Of a stretch of DNA of 64,000 nt, positions 56,201 through 64,000 are shown one piece after another; within the stretch, counting starts at the first letter, position 1, and every line of letters begins with the position of its first letter. The stretch covers positions 651,612-715,611 of the forward strand of contig NMRA01000103.1 of the NCBI GenBank assembly GCA_002633005.1, in the 5' to 3' direction. A program made the translations under genes and the position numbers. Under the pieces are notes generated by a model, which did no database searches, had not been told where the DNA came from, and was given only the letters and a program-made list of their open reading frames with translations. Source of the DNA: Phoronis australis. Taxonomy: Eukaryota; Animalia; Phoronida.

Positions 56201-59200
56201 ACAAATATCTTCATGTGATAAACTATTGCTGGACTCAATAGTTGGATGATATATTAACGCAGGTTTACAAGCTAAACTGACCTTAGGGGAGATTTCATCC
56301 ATGCTTGACAAAGTCCGACTCCTACCACAGCTGAGAGTGTACTAACAAGGCAGGGTTAATGAAACACATGGACTGGGCTATTGTTAATAACTAGGTCATG
56401 TATGAGGCTACATAGAGGGGTGATTGAATATAGCTGAGTTGCCTATTGTCTGAGTTATGTGAGGCTCTGTAAGTAGGAGGTTGTTCATAATGGTGACATG
56501 CCAGACCCTTGATAATAATAGAGGCTAGAGGGTGTATCCCAACTTGAACTGGGAAAATATTTTGAATTATGTAACAGGTTTCAGCTGTTTAGTGGGCTGT
56601 CAACTGCATTGGGTCCTTGCCACTGGTTCTTTAACCAAGTGATTCAGATTATAACGTAGAAGTTTCATATTAGCTCAAGTATGGTATGACAAATTCCAGA
56701 TCATATACAAAATAACACGTAGATTCTATCTCAATGATCACAAAAACACAACAGAAATACTTTTCTGCAGCACACTCATAGTTTCAGGCTGCAAGTCCAA
56801 GTCGTTGCCATACAACCTTAGTTTTACTGTATTCCAAAGACAAGCAACCGACACTGATAGAACTCATAAATACTGCCCTGGTAACCACGTTGAAACTAGT
56901 TCTATACCAAAATTGATTGACATCAATTTTAATCTTCAGATATGTATCGTGTTGTTTTTTTATCCAGCTAAACTGTACGGCAGAAACTGATAACACACAT
57001 CACCCATTACTGACTACAGTCTAATTTTAGAAACTTCAAGGCAACACTAATTGTTTTAGATACTTGTTTCTTTTTCCAGCTAAGTGATATAGAAACTGAT
57101 AACACACATGAGGCATTCCTGACCTGAGTCTAACTTTAATAACTTCATGGCAACACCGCTAACTATTTTAGATTGATACGGAAAAAGATAAGGGTGTGAA
57201 ATGCATTCACTTCCGCATTCATGGATGGTTTATGGTAAAATCTCACTACTTTGGGACACAATATGGCAGACCAGAGCAACACAATAGCCGACCAGAGCAA
57301 TTTTACTTTCCCACTTTTCCATGAAAGATATGTTGCACCAAATTAATGCTTTTCCATGTTCTAAGCTCGTCCTACAACTTCAATTAGGTAATACTGTGAT
57401 GAATTATGGATATTCACAACATTGTTTAAAGCCCTTGAAAAATGAGAAAAGAGCAATTTTAATAAATATTCTTGTTCAAATTGGTGGAATTTTATCGTAC
57501 TTTCAAGTGCCACAAATAAAAAATCTCTTTGGTATTTGGTATTCAGGGTTTCCCAGAATAAACAACTCTGTCTTCCAGTCAAACAAATCTTACAGGACAT
57601 TACTTATGCGTGCTCTTGGCTAATCTACTATTATTGGCACCATGAACTCTCTTACTTAAACAAATGGGTCCTCATTCTGTGTTCAAGTCTTTCAGGCCTT
57701 TCCCCGCTAACGTTGACGCTTCAGTGTTTAGGAGCGTTGGCCAATGAGCATGCTTTGATTCAGTCTTGAATCGAAGTCAAGAGCTGAAGTTCACTGTTCA
57801 GTTAACAGATTAATTTAACAGCGAACCGTCAATGCATCGCTACAATGGGAACGCTCAACTTTGCTGTCTATAGAAGTCATCAACAGAGGTCACTGCTCTG
57901 AAAATGGAGAAGTCATATTACGCTACCTTGATGATGATGATAGCATTGCCTAGCGATAACTACGATGTCTGTTAACAACCGAAGCTAATGAGAAAGCTCC
58001 AGTTAACTTTGCAGTTTATGTCAATGTTCTGCTAGTAGCGGATTTAAATTGGTGAGAAAGCCCCCCTCCTCCCCTCATTTCCCCTTTATAAGCCTCCTGT
58101 TTCTAGCTCATACCAGGGGTAATGCAAAAAAGGTTAAAAAATATACACTCCGGTTTATTATCAAAATGTTCAGAAGAGAAAAATATTAAACAGACCAGCA
58201 ACAACAACCATGGTGTCAATGGGGCATCAGAATCCTCATTTTAGATCTATTAAACTATATTATAGTTATTTCTAACCATATTAGATAGATAGCATGATAG
58301 ATAATTTTATTTACAGAGGATAACACATGTTAAATATAACACTTATCCACCACATGGTGCTCTGAAAACAAACGAATAAATGAACACGAGAAATCTAAAA
58401 ATGTAACAACATTAATTAAAATATAGAATTACATAAACATAAAAAATGACCAAGTATACACAATAGAGAAACCGTTTCTAATTTAAGACATTATCTATTA
58501 AAACAACTTAGTCAACTCTGAAATGCTCAGCTTCCAAGATTTCAATCATCGCCACTTAAAATGATAATCAGCTCAGTATGGAAAACACCACCATCAATAA
58601 CCCAAAGGATTAGAGATAAGGCCTCAAAGGAAAAAAATTTGATGCCCCCCCAAGAGGAACCTCATTGACCTAATAATTTGACAGTGACTCAACCAGCCAA
58701 GTGGCCTCAGGAAATACCACAATGGAGTATGGTAGTGTTTCTGGTGGTGGTGGTTGTCACCAAAGGAGACATAGAGGGAATCACTCACTATCAACAATGA
58801 AATGTAATCTCAGCTGATCAGGGGTGCACTCTGCAGACCCAAGACACTCACGAAACACTTGTGGCTAGAAATCTACGCTTACGGAATGGAAACGGAGAAT
58901 TCTATCCCATAATTCAACATTCCGTTCCGGTCATCATTTCAATCAGAGCGTGATCGCCATTTTGCTGGGATAAGCCAACAACGTCCCAAGCATACTTGTG
59001 AGACACCTGCATTTCACTCGCCTGATTTTGCCTAGTAACGTGCTGTCTTGATTTTTCACAAGCTTTTCGCGTCTACGGAATTATAGTGACCAGCATGCAA
59101 CCCTCTTTTCAGATAAGTTTTATCTTCAAAGGAATGTAGGGTAAAGAAAAGTACAGCTGTGGACGAAACATTTAGACTAACTTATTGGACTCCATGCAAA

Positions 59201-62200
59201 TTATACTTTCCCACACAAATTTACCATCTGCCAACAAATGTTTTGATGAACTCTAAACATCCACTTGGAATGCATAGGAAACTGTTAGGGTTCTAAAAAA
59301 ACACTGGCGACAAAAGTTCCTTAACTATGGGAAAAGGCAACTTGCAAGAAATCAGAACCTACTGATTTCTCAAAACTGTAATGTCACCACTCAATTTTAT
59401 TCCATTTCAACTATTGTTTACACAACCTAATTTTGACTCAAACAGGCCACAGATTACCAAAATATTTAAAATCTCACTTACAACATACAGCGCTGCTGCA
59501 GCAGCTTCGAAGAATAGGACTCACAGCACTTTATGACTGCATTACAAAAGTAAATCAGTTGACAGGTCATCCATCAAATTTATGCCAGTAAACAGCAATT
59601 AAATTAATCGATTACACACCCTCTTCTGTTTGTGTCACATGGTTCAGTGAAACCCGAGGCCATTTTGCATAAAAAACGCAGACGATGAAAAAACGCTTAC
59701 CGTAAAATCTCACCAAATCATGACACAATATGGTGGTCACGTGAAATGTTACTTTCTCATTAAGAAATGTAACATAAAATTAATGCTTTAACATGCCCAA
59801 GTTCTGTACAATAATTACCATCAGAAATATTTTAGAAAAATGGGAGGCACTCGTGACAATGCTAAAAGATGCTGAAAAACAAAAAAGGGTAATTCTGGCA
59901 ATTGTTTTTTTTTTTGAAATTTGTGAATATTAATTTTATTTGTAAGTTCTGTACTATAGTTAACAACAGACAATATCTGAGAAAACGTTGGAATTCATAA
60001 CAACGTAAGAAGCATTTGAAAAATGAAAAACGTGTCAATTTTGACCGAAACTCACAAGACCTTACCATAACAAAAGCCTTCTTTATAAATTACGTAAGAC
60101 AAAAAAACACTGCCATTCCTAAGAGCCAAACTTTCGATGAATACAATAAAATACTTATACCTTAACCAGGTAGAACACTTCGCTATTGCTTATCTGTACG
60201 TATAAGCTAATAGACTTGCAAAAGAAATTATTGTAACCACTGATTTCACAAGTTATCAACTATACTGGGAGTAAGCATGGTGATAACAACAAGACAATGC
60301 ATATCTTTAAGCATGCTTTGCTCTCATTAAAAACCACCTCAAAGTTAACAGACAAAAACTCGACCACAAGGTTTGGTAATTTTCAGAATCCTAGCATCTA
60401 TTGAGATTTCACAAAGCAACTCCATCAATCAACATATCAAAAATATGTTTTCTGTTTAAAATATATTTGTGGATTGCCTATTCAGAAGAAAGTATGGCAG
60501 ACAGGTGGAATTTCGTTTTCTTAAAATTACCAAATCATAAGAAAAGTTCAGGATATTGTAAGCTTGGCTTGTACAGAGCATTTGTCATAAAAACAGTTAA
60601 AATTTGATTTAATATAACAAAAAAGAAGACAGTTGATAATAATAAAGAAATTTTGTATTAGCACACAACCATGGAAGAATAACCACAGTACAAAGAATTA
60701 GTATCTAGTAAGTGTACCCTGCGGTAATTCACTAATTAATTCGCGAAAATAATTGTCAAACTTGTCATCTTTCCATTTTTCAAAGGTTCATTATTTTGCT
60801 GCACACCTTGGAATTTTCACCATCTACACAGTACAAACCAAGCCAGCAAGACTAGAACTTTCTTAATTTTTGTTTTCGCTGAAAATGACACGAAACAAAA
60901 TTTCCCTTGTCCGCAATATCGTGCGCAACATAAGCGACAAACTGCAGTAACACCACAATCTTACCGCCAGCAAAAGAAGAGAATGTTCGTCCCAGTCCGG
61001 CATTCTGATGGCCTCAGCGAAAGATTTGCACAACACAATGCAACCACAAGCCAGCCAGGCAGCAACTGAGCTCAACACCCGACAAATATGAATTTTAGTC
61101 AAGATACAGCAACTGACAGCAATCGGGGGTGTTAATGTCTTTGTTTGAAATGAGGAAGGAAAGCTGACATCACTCCACTGACATAACCTGGACTAATCAC
61201 GGCAAATAATGACTGTGTCATACCAGGCCCTGGCGTCTAATTATTAGTAATCCTTTGCACATGTGCACATGCCCTTCTTAAACTGGCAGTTCACTCTGCA
61301 GCTTGAGCGGATTGACTACGCGGTTCGTTAGAGGCTCAGAACTAATTACGGTCATAAATGCTGGTAAACAAAGAGACGGGTAATCTTTCGCCTACTTCTC
61401 ACAAAAATAATTACCAAGACTGCCATATTCCTGCAACTTATTACCTCGCTTCAACTAATGAAAACTATCATATGTTGTTTAATGACATTTACACGGCATT
61501 AACGAAGTTAACCACAGACTACAATGTCCTGAATCTTTGTTGTGAAATTGGACAGAATATTATTTCACTTGTTCACCGTATCATGTGCTAACCAGAAGAA
61601 CTATCAAACAGTTAGGCAGCAATAGCAGGGCCCACATTCAGTGAACTCTTCAATTCCTGTGAAAATAACGGCCAAAATTCCAATTTCTTACTGGTTGTTC
61701 ATTGTAAACATGCTCAAAACCTTATCAAGTTCTGCTTAGTACAAACCACGCAAATGACGAAAGCAACAACTTTTTCTCGGCATAGATTTTTGTTGAGAAA
61801 TTCGACAAAACAACATTCCACACTTCTGCTGTTGTGTGATCAGTGGAAGAGTGTTTGCAATAGCTTTGTTAATTCCATGTACTGCTCCAGGACTACAATA
61901 AAACCTTCCCACACAGTCATCCTTATACAGCAGTTGCCTGAGGTGGCATTTTATGCCTCATTTGATGCCATGAAGCACAAGAAGGGACAGAGGATTAATG
62001 AGAGCGATAGTTGATTGAAAATAAAAACCATCTGCTTCATCTCTTCAATAGTGTTAAACATTTTTGGACTCCTGTTATTTCAAGAAATTCAAAGGGACTG
62101 AGAAATTTTTGGAAGGTGGGTCAACTGTACCCCAGTGTTTTTAAGAACACGATGAACACTGCGTATGCATAACAAAATATCTCATATTATAAAAATTCAA

Positions 62201-64000
62201 ATCATTTAGCCAACATTTTTTTTACTTTCGCTAAGTTATCTTAATACAACCTCAACAGCTCAAGAATTTTCGTATCCTCAAGTTACCCCTCACAGGTGTT
62301 TCACAGGTATGCATGTATGAACAGCAAAGAGAGTAAATGAAACTACAGCCAAAACGATGGCTTCAGCTGGTCTCAAAAATTGTACTTGAAGTTATTCAAA
62401 ATCCTCCCTACTGATGCACTATTAATGTCTGTTATCACGGGTTTCCAGGTGCATTCGACGCCATTTTGAGAGCCACATGACCTGCTACAATGAAGTTCAC
62501 ACATGCGGAGGTATGAAACACCTATGAGCGATAATTTGAGGTGCTTCGGATGATCTCAATACCACATAATCACTAACCCCCCCCAACCCTTGTGAACGGG
62601 ACATTTTCTTCCTACTCATGACCTAAGTATAAATAAAAGAAATATGACGAATAACTCAACATACAGGCTGGTTTCAAAATTGCACTTGGCATCATAGCAA
62701 ATAGTTTCAAAAATTGAAAGGAACCGAAATGCTACATGGAATTTTGTCAAAGTACATAGCTTTTAACATTCAAGTTAACTTGTCTACGACTGAATGATTT
62801 CTTTGGGATGGAAATCATTTTGTCTTACAGCATGGAAAAGCTACAGACACGTTTTGTTCGGTTGAGGAATCTCATTTACAATTTGTGTTTCAGGCAATGA
62901 AAATGAAAGAAATCTCCCCTTAACAATGCATGCAAAGTTAGTGTCAGTAGAGACTCTTTTGTTTCGTTTGTCACGCAACTGATTGAACTCAGATTATGAT
63001 GTTAAATCAGCAATCGTTTTTATTTGGTAAAATTGACTACAACAACAAGATAATTAATAATGGCCCAGAGAATACTAATCTTACAAATTTCAGACAAAAA
63101 CAATTGCAAAAATAGCTCGTTATTTGTGAAACTCAGTTTTCAAACCATTGTCATGAGGTAGCTATGATACAGATCTTAATTGCGGGAATGCGGTAATTTG
63201 AAAACTGAGAAAACAAAATTGCACATGTCTACCATAATGTGTCTTGAAATGTTAAAACTTTACTGTAACATATGTCCAAGATAACCGGAGATTTCAATTT
63301 TTGTTAACACCAGAAATGTAAGCCTTCCCACTTGAGCATCTCCAAATGATAATTTGTGGTCCCCAAACATGAATAAGAACACAGTAAACAGTCAGAAGAT
63401 TGCCAGAGAAACAGGGGAGATCGTTACAGATGGGAGTAATTAACATCAACACTGCCTAACGAGGACTGTTGCCTCAAATGCTGCCTGATTACAACTGTAC
63501 TCGATGGCTGAGTTAGTACAGGACCCCAAGTTCACAGTCGCGACAAATTCTTTCTACCTGCACACAGGCCACCAGCACTGGAATACTTACTGCGCCGTTT
63601 ATTTTCAGCAAAAATACCATCAAGCAGTCATTGAGGAACATTAGCCCAAAAAACATTAATTCACTCATCCAAGAGGCATTGTAGCTTCATATCAAGTTTA
63701 AGATAATCCATAATAAATCATAAACATTTTCAAAAGTGCACATAAACTACACTGAGGCCCGAGGTTAACAGCTGACACATGCCTTTAAAATTCATTGAAA
63801 CTATCGGTGAAAATCATCTACACTAGGAAGAGAAAACTTGATATTTCTGGAAGTTTTATAAACAAAAATACCGTATGCAGGTGGGCCCATGTTCTGTTTT
63901 TTGCCCAGGGACAACCACAAATGGCTTGTGAAGGTTGTTGCTAAACACAAGTAGGAACAGTTTCGTCAAATATACAGTAGTTGTAACAGATGATCGCGCG

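Noticed and set aside
43522-64000. Canonical liprin-beta N-terminal exons (e.g. the LxLQVSVLTxQVEAQ segment)
   Set aside because: Not found by eye in this interval; they are presumably beyond the right edge, though a short exon could have been missed.

Overview
This is AT-rich eukaryotic genomic DNA from a metazoan, probably a marine invertebrate (inference). Most ORFs in the supplied track are spurious. The window is dominated by one multi-exon gene on the minus strand encoding liprin-beta (PPFIBP1/2 co-orthologue). I reconstructed 17 phase-compatible GT-AG exons from 43521 down to the stop at 11266, about 745 aa: coiled coil, low-complexity linker, the FKRGGxRATAGxRLGW motif, three SAM domains and a C-terminal -STV. 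The N-terminal exons appear to lie beyond the window, across an intron of more than 20 kb. A second minus-strand gene of unknown identity seems to start near 5.1 kb and run off the left edge. Introns contain MITEs (including hAT-like elements with 5- and 6-bp TSDs), a tRNA-derived SINE, a Helentron/HINE-like repeat and a Penelope-like retroelement remnant with inverted arms and minimal hammerhead motifs. A 1.43-kb tandem duplication centred on a single N is probably an allelic assembly artefact. The most interesting signals are splicing-related: a 29-nt stop microexon that would swap the C-terminal PDZ ligand, other frame-preserving microexons, a candidate recursive splice site and a possible transmembrane terminal exon. 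I found no evidence for a wholly new multi-gene system.
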